Shown here: piece by piece, positions 19,501-28,178 of the stretch
How the letters are laid out: each line of letters begins with the position of its first letter
Numbering within the stretch: position 1 is the stretch's first letter
Source of the DNA: Thermoanaerobaculia bacterium
GTDB taxonomy: Bacteria; Acidobacteriota; Thermoanaerobaculia; Multivoradales; Multivoraceae
NCBI GenBank assembly: GCA_965200575.1
Contig: OZ241363.1
Coordinates: forward strand, 1,722,398 to 1,786,397
Direction of reading: 5' to 3'
DNA: 64,000 nucleotides
Made by a program: the position numbers and the translations under genes
The notes under the pieces: model-generated
Told to the model about the DNA's origin: nothing
The model's database searches: none
The model's input: only the letters and a program-made list of their open reading frames with translations

Positions 19501-20304
19501 CCACTGCTGCCAGTCGCCCTCTGCGTTCCCGTCGGCGTCGAGCGTGCGGAGGCCCACCTCCACGCGCTCCGGGTCGAAACCGAGCACCGCCGTGCTGATG
19601 AGCTGGTCGGATCCGCGTGCCACCGTGACGTTGCCCGGTTCGACGATCAGCCGGTACGGGTTCTCGGCAGCCGCGGCTCTCCAGGGCGCGAACAGCAGCA
19701 TGGCGCCGTGCTGAAGGAACGCCGGGCTGAGCAGAACCGCCACCATGCCCGTGCCGGCGACGCCGGCAAGGGCGGCGGAGAATCGCTGCAGGGCGCCGCG
19801 CTCGATGCCGGAGGCGAAGCCGCGCTGCTGGCAACGCTCGATGGCGTCCTCGAGGACGCGGCGCTGGAGCTCCGGGGACACCCGTTCGGCGTCCCGGGCG
19901 TGCTGCCGCACCGGACCCAGTTCCACCGCGCTAAGCACCGAAGCCCTGAGCTCGGGCTCGTGCTCCTCCAGGTAGAGCGCCACCTGTCGCCGCGAAACGC
20001 TCTGCGTGAGCGGGAGCATCAGGAACCGGACCGCAAGCGCGGCGAGCACGAGCCAGGCCAGCCAGCGGAACACCTCGACCGCCCGGTCGCTGTAGAGGAA
20101 GTAGTCCATCCCCCACACGGAGACCGCGAAGGCGGCAAAGCCGGTGACCAGGAGCATGACCAGGCCGCGCAGCGCCACCTTGGTCCGCCAGCGCCGCCGG
20201 ACTCGCCGGATAACCGCCAGCAGCTCGGCGTATGTCAGATCGTGGATGGGGTCGAATCCGGAAGCCATCGGGTCTCCTTCGTCAGCCTTGCTCGCCCGTC
20301 GCAC
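16588..20304 (-). CDS. DUF4175-like large membrane protein with Gln/Glu/Arg-rich coiled-coil and poly-Gly tracts
   Basis: 1238 aa. Two N-terminal TM helices and a long low-complexity region with GGGGGG runs. The C-terminus is DQVPAGYRELVDEYFRNLA. It overlaps the 3' end of the upstream BatA-like gene; an alternative start lies at M13 (20268). Confidence 0.7.
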   Translation of the reverse strand: MRRASKADEGDPMASGFDPIHDLTYAELLAVIRRVRRRWRTKVALRGLVMLLVTGFAAFAVSVWGMDYFLYSDRAVEVFRWLAWLVLAALAVRFLMLPLTQSVSRRQVALYLEEHEPELRASVLSAVELGPVRQHARDAERVSPELQRRVLEDAIERCQQRGFASGIERGALQRFSAALAGVAGTGMVAVLLSPAFLQHGAMLLFAPWRAAAAENPYRLIVEPGNVTVARGSDQLISTAVLGFDPERVEVGLRTLDADGNAEGDWQQWPMNRVAAGAEADEDGTAGDRPADLAAATHDFIALSLNADTDYYVDAAGVRSPVYRIRVKDLPYVDRIDLVFDFPAYSGLTTQTVEDGGDIAVLQGTDVRFSILPIFEVPAGRLLIEGEAPQDLTVQGDRLTAVFTVDDSTYYRVELMDDEGRWHRASAEYMVTALEDQPAIVRFTAPGRDMKVTMIDEVFAQVEAEDDYGVRRLNLRYAVNGGEEEEVRLLDSASSMKKVSAGHTLFLEEMELQVGDSISYWAEAWDRGRSEPTISDIYFLEVRPFDRNYRQAEQGGAMGGGGGGMDQALSAQQKMIVSATFRLVRDRDEYDAPELSENMRMVSLMQGRLRDQVAQLMTRMGNRGQQLLQDDEFAQIIRHLQQADLEMAAAQAELEHERAEEALSEEKKALASLQRAESTFREMQVSFDQSGGGGGGGQQLAEDLADLFELELDKLRNQYETVQRGEAEQAQAEVDELMQKLRELARRQQRENERQNRLRSRSQQGGGGGGRQQDLIEETEELARRLERLAREQQRPEFQETTRALRQAAEEMKRSQAGSSGSPSTAGSQGIAALDKLREARRLLDRNQRRQLGRDMEELQERADRVSGMQERIMEQVGELSGQEGGEGRRDLTEAERRDLMARIMERKDRLTDEISGLEAQLNRMSQGTREDQPETARKLRESATIIRDEQLKERIRYSKGSLRQPDLSRMLEREIRRDIDEVGDRIADARASVGEGNGDREDQLLEQTRDLVQNLASMEARLRDRAEGDRRLGQRPGQQEGQQRVGEQQGAEQRGEQPGSQESGGQQGGQQGGEQQADGRRRDQMAESGRNGGRLASPDGGMDRGRQSRYGSSSGGFLQPGTFPAEDLRQFDREVRQRRADLERLREGLRQQRMETADLDSLLQQMGGLDLLGLNRDPLALDRLRDEIVEGLRQFEYRLWRDLRGGETERVFLGNADQVPAGYRELVDEYFRNLAAGS

Positions 20305-22483
20305 GCCATGCTGTCACGACGGGGGCCGCGACCCGCCGGCGACGGTTGCCGAACAGGGTCTCGGCGGCGAGCACCAGGGCCGCGGCGGCAATCAGGAACC
20401 ACCACATGCGCTGGCGGCTCTGCCTCTCCTCGGGCGTGCTCTGCGCCGCCGCCTCCGCGGCCTCCTCCGCCTCCGCCGACGGCCGTATCCGCGAACCGAG
20501 CTCGTCCAGGTCCAGGCGGCCCAGGTCAGATTCCGCCACCGGCACGTTGGCCGCCAGGGTCAGCGGCGCCTCGGCGACGTCGCCGCGCAATTCGCGGAAA
20601 CTGTAGAAGCCCGGCTCCTCCACGTCGAGAAGCACGCTGTCGGCACTGGCGTCCAGGCGTCGTTCGCGTCCGGACGGCGCCACCGACAGGTAGCCCTCGG
20701 CTTCCGTCGGCAAGCCCGGCAGCTCCACCTGTGCGACCTCGCCCACGCGATACCACGACCGGGGCAGCGAATAGCCGGCCAGGTACTCGACCGACCGATG
20801 CACGAACGGAAGGAACACGGACTGAAGCGGCAGCGTGTTCCAGAACGTGTCGAACGACGTCGGCAGCACGAGCGCACGGCCCGACGCGACGCTCGCCGCC
20901 CCGCCCTCGCCCCCACCCTCGCGCCCTGTGCCGGGGAACAGGTCGATGAGTGCCGGCGAGCCGTCGTCGAAGCGGGCGATGGCGGCGGCGTCCTCGTCGG
21001 ACAGGAGGCGGTGGTAGCGGAAGAACGAGGCCGAGGAGAAGTCGCCGCTGCGCGCCCCCGCGAAGACGTCGAAGACGGGATGCCCTGTGTCGAACCAGGC
21101 GAGCGAGCCGGCGACGCCGGCGGTGCGGTCCACTCGCTGTTCGCTGGTCACGCCCAGCTCCCGCAGCAACGGAGAGGTCGACGTCATGCCGCGCTCGACG
21201 GCAAGCAGCAGGCCGCCGCCGCGGCGCACGAAGCCGACGAGGGCTTCGCTGGCAGAGGTCGAGAGCTGCTCGGCAGCGTCGTTCAGGACGACGACCGAAG
21301 TGCCGTCCAGCAGCGACGGCTCGAAGCCGGCAGCGCCGACCCGACGTACCCGGAAGCGCGGACGCCGGCCGAGCGCCAGCGCTTCCTCGATGTATCGGCC
21401 GCGTCGCCGGTCCCCGTCCGGCTCGACGACCAGAACGCCGACCCCGTGAGCCGGGGACAGGACGAAGTGAAACTCGTTGTCCACGGTCAGTGGATCGGTC
21501 CGCAACCTGACCGCGCCGCGGGTCGTCCGCCCTTGCTCCAGGACCTCCGGCGCAAAGCTGACCGTGGTCGACGAATCGGGGGCCAGCTCGACCGCCCGCG
21601 TCTGCACCACCTCCCGGTTCAGCAGCAGATCGATCTCGCCCCGCAGGGAGTGCTCGGCGACGCCGTCCGTGTCGACGTCCACATCGGCCGCGACCCGATA
21701 GCTGACCCGGGCCGCGACGGCCACCTGTTCCCGCTCTGCCGCCTCCCCTCCCCCGCCGGTGGGCGCCCGAGTGTGGTCGAAGACCAGGTCGGTCACCGCG
21801 GCGTTCCCGGCCGCACCGTCCTCGGCGCCCACGTCGACCAGGGTGAGCTCGACGCCGGGAGGCAGAGCCGCGACGTTGTCCGGCGTCCACGAAGACCGCT
21901 GGAAGTCGCTGACGATGACCAGCTCCCTCTCTGCATCGGCTGCCTGGGCCAGAACGCCGCGGGCCGCCTGGACGGCGGGCAGCAGGGCCGTGGCCCGTGG
22001 AGAGAGCTCGACATCCCGCAGCAGGGCCACAAGCGTCGCGCTGTCGGCCGTGGGCTGCGCCAGAATCTCCGCCTGGTCCGAGTACGCGATCAGGGCGCCC
22101 CGGTCCGCGACGCCGAGGTCGCCCAGCGCGACCTCCGCCGCCTCCACGGCGCCCTGCCAGCGATCGCCGAAGCCCATGCTGAAGGAGTTGTCCAGCAGGA
22201 CGACAACCAGCCGATTCGAGTCGCTCTCGCCGGCTGCCGGGCTCGCCACCAGAAACGGGCGGGCGAAGGCCAGCGCCAGCAGGGCCACGGCGGCGCAACG
22301 GAGCAGGAGCAGCAGCAGGTCGCGCAACCGGCGGCGCCTCGTCGACCGGAACGGCGCCTTGCTCACGAACATCAGGGACGGAAACTGCACCACCTGGCTG
22401 CGGTGACGCAGGCGCAGGTGGATCAGCACCGGAGCAGCAACGGCCAGCAGGCCGAGCAGGAAGAGGGGCGCAAGCAGTCCCAT
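20282..22483 (-). CDS. BatA-like protein: N-terminal double-TM 'aerotolerance regulator' domain plus vWA domain
   Basis: MGLLAPLFLLGLLAVAAPVLIHL (BatA_N/TIGR02226-type start), vWA-like LVVVLLDNSFSM, and a C-terminal TM segment. Confidence 0.8.
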   Translation of the reverse strand: MGLLAPLFLLGLLAVAAPVLIHLRLRHRSQVVQFPSLMFVSKAPFRSTRRRRLRDLLLLLLRCAAVALLALAFARPFLVASPAAGESDSNRLVVVLLDNSFSMGFGDRWQGAVEAAEVALGDLGVADRGALIAYSDQAEILAQPTADSATLVALLRDVELSPRATALLPAVQAARGVLAQAADAERELVIVSDFQRSSWTPDNVAALPPGVELTLVDVGAEDGAAGNAAVTDLVFDHTRAPTGGGGEAAEREQVAVAARVSYRVAADVDVDTDGVAEHSLRGEIDLLLNREVVQTRAVELAPDSSTTVSFAPEVLEQGRTTRGAVRLRTDPLTVDNEFHFVLSPAHGVGVLVVEPDGDRRRGRYIEEALALGRRPRFRVRRVGAAGFEPSLLDGTSVVVLNDAAEQLSTSASEALVGFVRRGGGLLLAVERGMTSTSPLLRELGVTSEQRVDRTAGVAGSLAWFDTGHPVFDVFAGARSGDFSSASFFRYHRLLSDEDAAAIARFDDGSPALIDLFPGTGREGGGEGGAASVASGRALVLPTSFDTFWNTLPLQSVFLPFVHRSVEYLAGYSLPRSWYRVGEVAQVELPGLPTEAEGYLSVAPSGRERRLDASADSVLLDVEEPGFYSFRELRGDVAEAPLTLAANVPVAESDLGRLDLDELGSRIRPSAEAEEAAEAAAQSTPEERQSRQRMWWFLIAAAALVLAAETLFGNRRRRVAAPVVTAWRATGEQG

Positions 22484-22493
22484 CGCCCAAGCC

Positions 22494-23387
22494 CTACCTC
22501 GTCTTCATGGCGTGAAAACGGGCGGACAGGTAGCCGTGCAGGGCCGCATCCAGCGGCCTGGAGATGTCGACCAGCGTGTAGTCGATGCCGGCTTCGACCA
22601 GGGAGCGATCGAGCGTGTCCACGTGCGCCTGGATCAGTTTCAGGTACTGATCCCGCAGAACGTCCGACTGCACCGCCTCGCGGGCGCCGGTCTCCAGGTC
22701 GCGCAGGTCCAGTTCGCCATCGAACTCGAAGCGGAGCTCCGCCGGATCCAGAAGGTGAAAGAGGATCACGTCGTTGCCCTTGTGCCTGAAGCCCGCAGCA
22801 GCCTTGATGACCGCCTCGGGTTCCTCATAGAAGTCCGAGATGAGCACCAGCATGCTCCGGCGCCGCACCGAATCGACGAGCTCGAGCAGCGGGTCGCTCA
22901 GCGAACCGGCGCCGCCCGGCTCGATGCGGTCGATCGTGTGCAGCACGACCTGCAGGTGCTTGGCCGCGGGAGGCACAAAGTCCACCACGCCGCTGTCGAA
23001 CGTGACCAGGCCGATGCGGTCCTTCTGCCTGGAGGCGAAGTAGCCCAGGCAGGCCGCCAGGTAGCGCCCGTAGTCGAGCTTGGTCAGGGCCCCGGTGCCG
23101 AAGTCCATCGACCGCGAGACGTCCAGCGCGATGGTCAGGTTCGTGTTCGTGTCGGCCTCGAACTCCTTGACGTAGAAGCGGTCCGTGCGGCAGAACAGCT
23201 TCCAGTCGACGCGCCGGATGTCGTCGCCGGGCTGATACGCGCGATACTCGGCGAAGTCCATCGACCGGCCCAGGAAGGGCGACCGGTGCAGACCGCTGAC
23301 GAAGCCCTCCACCACCGTCTTCGCGAGCAGGTCGAGGCTGCCGATGCGCGCAAGCGTCCGGGTGTCGACGAACCGGCCGTACTCCAT
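22494..23387 (-). CDS. DUF58 domain protein (MoxR-associated, vWA-like)
   Basis: GLHRSPFLGRSMDFAEYRAYQPGDDIRRVDWK...LTIALDVSRSM, the typical DUF58 signature. Confidence 0.85.
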   Translation of the reverse strand: MEYGRFVDTRTLARIGSLDLLAKTVVEGFVSGLHRSPFLGRSMDFAEYRAYQPGDDIRRVDWKLFCRTDRFYVKEFEADTNTNLTIALDVSRSMDFGTGALTKLDYGRYLAACLGYFASRQKDRIGLVTFDSGVVDFVPPAAKHLQVVLHTIDRIEPGGAGSLSDPLLELVDSVRRRSMLVLISDFYEEPEAVIKAAAGFRHKGNDVILFHLLDPAELRFEFDGELDLRDLETGAREAVQSDVLRDQYLKLIQAHVDTLDRSLVEAGIDYTLVDISRPLDAALHGYLSARFHAMKTR

Positions 23388-23399
23388 GACGACCTGCCG

Positions 23400-24470
23400 T
23401 CAGCTCATGCCGCTCGGCGTGACCGGCGCCCGCTCCAGCAGGCGATCGACGATCTCGTCGGTGGTGATGCGCTCGGACTCGGCGTGAAAGTTGGTCAGGA
23501 TGCGATGGCGCATGACCGGCCTGGCCAGCGCCCGCACGTCCTCGTGGGCCACGTGGTAGCGCCCGTCCATGAGCGCCTTCGCCTTGGCGCCCAGGACCAT
23601 GAACTGAGCCGCACGAACGCTGGCGCCGTACTGGACCCACTTGTTGACGAAATCGGGCGCCTCGGGGCTGTCGGGTCGGGTCATCCGCACCAGGTGGACC
23701 GCGTAGCGCAGCACCGGTTCGGCGATCGGCACCCGGCGCACCAGCCGGTGGAACGCCCGCAGGTCCTCGCCGGTGACGCGGGTCTCCATCTCGAACTCGC
23801 GGATGGTCGTGGTGGCATCGACGATCTGCATCTCCTCGTCCTCGGGCAGGTGGTCGATCACGATGTTGAACATGAAGCGGTCGAGCTGGGCCTCCGGAAG
23901 CGGATAGGTCCCCTCCAGCTCGATGGGGTTCTGGGTCGCGAAGACGAAGAACGGCTGCTCCAGGTCGTAGGTACGGCCCTGGACGGTGACCCGATGCTCC
24001 TGCATCGCTTCGAGAAGAGCCGCCTGGGTCTTCGGCGGCGTCCGGTTGATCTCGTCCGCGAGCACGATCTGGGCGAAGATCGGACCGGGCATGAACACCA
24101 TCTCGCGACGCCCGGTGTCGCTGTCCTCCTGGATGATGTCCGTGCCGGTGATGTCGCTCGGCATCAGGTCGGGCGTGAACTGGACGCGGCTGAACTTCAG
24201 ATCGAGCACCTTCGCCACGGTCTGCACGATCAGCGTCTTGGCCAGACCCGGCACGCCGGTGAGGATGCTGTTGCCGCCCACGAACAGGGTCATGAGCACC
24301 TGATCGAGCACCTCTTCCTGGCCGATGATCTGCTTGGCGAGCTGGGCGAGAACCTGCTCGCGACCGGCTTCGAGCCGGCCGGCGAGCTCGATGTCCGTCT
24401 CGCGGACGAGGCCCTCGCCGCCTGCTTCGCCACCGGTCACAAGCTCCACGCGTCCCTCTGTGTCGTTCAT
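23400..24470 (-). CDS. MoxR-family AAA+ ATPase
   Basis: Walker A LTGVPGLAKT, Walker B VLADEINR, and the MoxR-specific C-terminal region. Confidence 0.9.
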   Translation of the reverse strand: MNDTEGRVELVTGGEAGGEGLVRETDIELAGRLEAGREQVLAQLAKQIIGQEEVLDQVLMTLFVGGNSILTGVPGLAKTLIVQTVAKVLDLKFSRVQFTPDLMPSDITGTDIIQEDSDTGRREMVFMPGPIFAQIVLADEINRTPPKTQAALLEAMQEHRVTVQGRTYDLEQPFFVFATQNPIELEGTYPLPEAQLDRFMFNIVIDHLPEDEEMQIVDATTTIREFEMETRVTGEDLRAFHRLVRRVPIAEPVLRYAVHLVRMTRPDSPEAPDFVNKWVQYGASVRAAQFMVLGAKAKALMDGRYHVAHEDVRALARPVMRHRILTNFHAESERITTDEIVDRLLERAPVTPSGMS

Positions 24471-24543
24471 GCGGTTCCCCGTGCTGACTGCTGGATGAGG
24501 CGAACGCCCGATGCTCCGCCGGGCGCCTCGCCGAGCATGCCGA

Positions 24544-25362
24544 TCAATGCGTCATGCCGTAGATCAGGTAGTTGACGCCGAGCTTGAAGCCCTTCTGGGT
24601 CACGTCCACCGGGTAGTGGTTCGTCTCCGACCACTCCCAGAAGTCGCCGACGTCCATGTTGTAGTTGGCGACCGCCATCAGTCGTCGGCTCGGGTCGTTG
24701 TCCTCGAAGATGCCGAAGATCCGCCCTCGGACCGGCCAGAAGCCGGGCTCGTTGATGTCGAAGTTGATGTCCTCGAGCACGAAGAACGACCGGAAGACGG
24801 GGTGGTCCACGGTCAGCGGGACGAGTTCGAAGCCCGGCAGCAGCCGTCCCATCTGCCGCTCGAAGTTCTCCCACTGCACCGGATAGCCGCGCACGTCGAA
24901 GAAGTCGTCGATCACCAGGAAGCCGCCCTTGAGCAGCCAGGAGCGCAGGCTCTCGACCTCCTCCTCGGTCGGGTTCCAGAAGCCCGGCTCGCACAGGTAG
25001 GCCCACGGGTGCTCGAACAATCGCGGGTCGCTCAGCTCGAGGACGTTGCCGCCCCCGGTCTGCACCTCCACGTCCGTGATCTCCTCGACGATGCGGGTGA
25101 AGTTCTGCTCGGCGTACGGATAGTCGTGGTTCCACTTGAGGTCCAGGCCCCACATGAACGGGCCGCCTCCCCAGACGGTGGGCTCGAAACGGATGCGGGC
25201 GAAGGTGAAGCCGCCGGCGTAGGGGAACGACTCCGTCTCGACTCGGGGCGAGGCGCGGCGCCAGGTCTCGTCTCGCGCCCACAGCCCGGCCGCGACCAGC
25301 AGGAGCGCAACCGCTCCAGCCATCGCCGCGACCCGACCCCTCGGGCTACCACCTGTCCTCAC
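24544..25362 (-). CDS. DUF4159 domain protein (paralog A)
   Basis: Signal peptide; FLVIDDFF...GFKLGVNYLIYGMTH C-terminus typical of DUF4159. 4-bp overlap with the upstream gene. Confidence 0.7.
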   Translation of the reverse strand: MRTGGSPRGRVAAMAGAVALLLVAAGLWARDETWRRASPRVETESFPYAGGFTFARIRFEPTVWGGGPFMWGLDLKWNHDYPYAEQNFTRIVEEITDVEVQTGGGNVLELSDPRLFEHPWAYLCEPGFWNPTEEEVESLRSWLLKGGFLVIDDFFDVRGYPVQWENFERQMGRLLPGFELVPLTVDHPVFRSFFVLEDINFDINEPGFWPVRGRIFGIFEDNDPSRRLMAVANYNMDVGDFWEWSETNHYPVDVTQKGFKLGVNYLIYGMTH

Positions 25363-28178
25363 GGCTGCCCTTCCTTCTCCCGGTCTTCCGACGCACTGCC
25401 CCGACTCGGCCGCCGTCCCTTCCCTGCCAGGTCGAGCAGCAATTTCTGGGCCGCATCGTACCCCGGCGCCACGGCCAGGGCGCGCACCACCGAGCGGCGC
25501 GCGGCCTCGCGCTGACCTGCGTCGCGCTCGGCGGCGGCAAGCCGGTAGAACGCCTGCGCGCGGTCCGCCGGGTCCAGGGCCACCAGCGCACGACGTTCGC
25601 GCACGGCCGTCTCGAATCGGCCCTCCCTGCTCGCCTGCTCCGCCAGCCGCCGGTGCACGTCCGCGTCGAAGGGCGAGATCCAGAGCATCCGCTCCAGGAT
25701 GACGGCCGCATCCCCGCTGCGCCCGGCATCGGTCAGAAGGTCGGCCAGGGACAGGTGCTCGTTCCAGGATGTCTCGTTGTGGGCCACCAGCGTCTCGAGC
25801 GCGGCGATCGCCTCCTCCGGGCGCTCCTGCCGTCGGTAGACCTCCGCGAGCAGCGAGTACGCGTTGCCGGCACCCACGAACTCGGGGAACAGGTCGCGGC
25901 CGCGCAGCAGCGGCGCCTCGGCCTCGTCGTGGCGTTCCGAGGCGACCAGGGCGTTGCCCAGCGTCATCTGCACGCGGAAGTCGTCCGGATTCTCCTCGGC
26001 CATCCGCTCCAGCGCCTCCATGTCAGGCCCCTGGCCGGCGAACAGGTTGCGTCTCGGCGCACGGGAAGGCCCGCCCTCGTTCTCGCTCTCTCCGCCCTCG
26101 CCGTCCGAGACCCCGGGAACGTCGCCCAGGGAAGCCAGCGCCCGGCCGTAGCGCTGCCGGAGGTGGCGGAAGAACCGTTCGTCGAACTCCTCGAGCGACA
26201 GGTCCATCGACTGCCGGAACACCTCCTCCGTGGTCAGGCCGTCCCGGTAGCCGGCGAGCATGGTCCGGATCGTCTCGAAGCCGTACTCGCCTTCGATCCA
26301 GTCGCAGATCAGCGACGCCTGGAAGTAGGACAGTCCGATCTGGCTCGGGAACTTCGGGCGCATGAAGCCGTCGTTCAGCTCGGCGATGCCGAGCAGCTCG
26401 CCGTCCCGCAGCGAAGTCACGAAGTTGACCTGCACGTCGTCGCCCCAGCCGGGCCGCGCCAGCCGTTCCTCGAACACCGACAGCCCCTCCGTCAGCCAGC
26501 GGGGGATCTTCGCGTCGGTAACCAGCAGCGTGAACGTGTGCGCGAGCTCGTGCCAGAGGGTGGAACCCCAGTTGAAGTGCCCAACCCTGCGGGCGGACGG
26601 TGAGTCGAGCGCCAGGACGGGGCCGAAGCAGACGCCCAGGGCGCCCAGACCGGCGAGTCCGACGGTGCGCACCGAGAAGTCGGCATGGGACGGATAGACC
26701 TCCACACGAATCGGGGTCGGCGGCTCGAACCGGTAGCGCTCGACCAGCACCGACCAGGCCTCCTCCGCCAGTTCCACCATGTAGGGCCCCAGCAGATCGG
26801 CCTCGCTCTCGTGGATGTGAAACTCGAAGTGCTCGCTCTGGATCGTCCGATACTCCACGAAGGTGTCGACCAGGTCGAGCGTGTTCTTTATCCAGACGTT
26901 GTACGGGTCGCCCGCGAACGCCGTCTCCAGGTTCTCCCGTCCGGCCTCGATCTCGCCCAGCCGCAGCTGGTTCTGCCCCAGCAGGCCGTAGCCGCGCCAC
27001 GACTTCGGGTCGATGCGCACCGCCTCGGCGGCGAAGTCCCTGGCCTGCGGATAGAGCCGGTTCTCGACGCTGATGTCGGCGAGCTCGTTGAACAGGTCGG
27101 CGTAGCGCGGGTTGTCCGCCAGGATCTCGTCGCGGCGGCGAGCGAACTCGTCGTCTCGATCCTCCAGGAAGTCGACCGCGGCCAGCAGAGTTCGGCCGGC
27201 GAGCGAGAACGGGTCCACCGCGAGGGCCTGCTCCGCCTGCTCGCGAGCACGGGCAAACTGCTCGGAGGCGAGCGACCGGCGCGCCCGGTACACCCGTGCC
27301 TCCACCTGGCGCGAATTGACCTGAAGCGCCCGGTCGAGCAACTCCATCGACCGCGGGTCGCCGTCGAAACTCATCGTCCGCGCCATCGCGAGCAGCGCGC
27401 GCGGATGATGCGGATTGACCTCCAGCACCTCGCCAATGGCGGCGCGGGCCTGCTGGCTGTCGTACTTCTCGAGGAACAGCTCGCCGAGGAGAATCCGGGG
27501 CAGTGGCCAGCCCGGGGCAGCAGCCACCGCCTCGTCGTAGGCCCGCAGCGCGTCCTTGAACAGCTCCGGATCGTCCCGCCCCAGCAGCTGGCAGGCGCGA
27601 GCCACCGCCAGCAGTTCCTCTGCCGTGCGGGCCTCGCCCCGGTTGTAGGCATCGATCATCGCGTAGAAGCCGCGCGTGGCCTCGTCCACCTCGCCCCGCT
27701 CCCAGCCCAGCAGCGCAAGCTCGAAGGACGCCGTCAGCCGATCCGGCCCATCCGCCGCAACCGCCGCCTCGAACGACGACCGGGCAGCGGCGCGGTCGCC
27801 GAGGAGGAGCGAGACCCGACCGCGCAGAAGCTCGAGGTCCCGGCTCCCGGCATCGCCTGCGTCGCCAAGCGCCTCGTCGAGCGCGGCAGCCGCCTCCTCG
27901 TGCTGCCCGGTAGCGACGAGCGCGTCCACCCGCAGCCGCAGCGCCCGCGTCGCCGCCGCGTCCGGTTCGTCGTCCCCGATCGCATCCAGGCCGTTCAGGG
28001 CGTCCTCGTACCGCCCGGTGCGGATCAGCCTCTCGGCGTTGTCGAGCGTCGGCTGCGCGGCCTGGGAAGCCGCGGGCGCCGTTTCCTGGGCAACCGCCGG
28101 CGCTGGAGCACCCGCCGCCAGCAACAGGGCCAGCGCCAGGGCAACCGCAGACCAGGCGGAGACGGGACGACGCATCAC
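25359..28178 (-). CDS. TPR-repeat protein with an embedded HExxH-E zinc-metallopeptidase-like domain (peptidase MA-like)
   Basis: 939 aa, signal peptide, multiple TPR-like helical repeats. The central segment GSTLWHELAHTFTLLVTDAKIPRWLTEGLSVFEE carries a HELAH...E gluzincin motif. Confidence 0.65.
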   Translation of the reverse strand: MMRRPVSAWSAVALALALLLAAGAPAPAVAQETAPAASQAAQPTLDNAERLIRTGRYEDALNGLDAIGDDEPDAAATRALRLRVDALVATGQHEEAAAALDEALGDAGDAGSRDLELLRGRVSLLLGDRAAARSSFEAAVAADGPDRLTASFELALLGWERGEVDEATRGFYAMIDAYNRGEARTAEELLAVARACQLLGRDDPELFKDALRAYDEAVAAAPGWPLPRILLGELFLEKYDSQQARAAIGEVLEVNPHHPRALLAMARTMSFDGDPRSMELLDRALQVNSRQVEARVYRARRSLASEQFARAREQAEQALAVDPFSLAGRTLLAAVDFLEDRDDEFARRRDEILADNPRYADLFNELADISVENRLYPQARDFAAEAVRIDPKSWRGYGLLGQNQLRLGEIEAGRENLETAFAGDPYNVWIKNTLDLVDTFVEYRTIQSEHFEFHIHESEADLLGPYMVELAEEAWSVLVERYRFEPPTPIRVEVYPSHADFSVRTVGLAGLGALGVCFGPVLALDSPSARRVGHFNWGSTLWHELAHTFTLLVTDAKIPRWLTEGLSVFEERLARPGWGDDVQVNFVTSLRDGELLGIAELNDGFMRPKFPSQIGLSYFQASLICDWIEGEYGFETIRTMLAGYRDGLTTEEVFRQSMDLSLEEFDERFFRHLRQRYGRALASLGDVPGVSDGEGGESENEGGPSRAPRRNLFAGQGPDMEALERMAEENPDDFRVQMTLGNALVASERHDEAEAPLLRGRDLFPEFVGAGNAYSLLAEVYRRQERPEEAIAALETLVAHNETSWNEHLSLADLLTDAGRSGDAAVILERMLWISPFDADVHRRLAEQASREGRFETAVRERRALVALDPADRAQAFYRLAAAERDAGQREAARRSVVRALAVAPGYDAAQKLLLDLAGKGRRPSRGSASEDREKEGQP

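Noticed and set aside
20282-20304. Frameshift fusing the BatA-like and DUF4175 genes
   Set aside because: The 23-bp overlap can be explained by an alternative DUF4175 start at M13 (20268). Both proteins have independent, sensible N-termini with TM helices.
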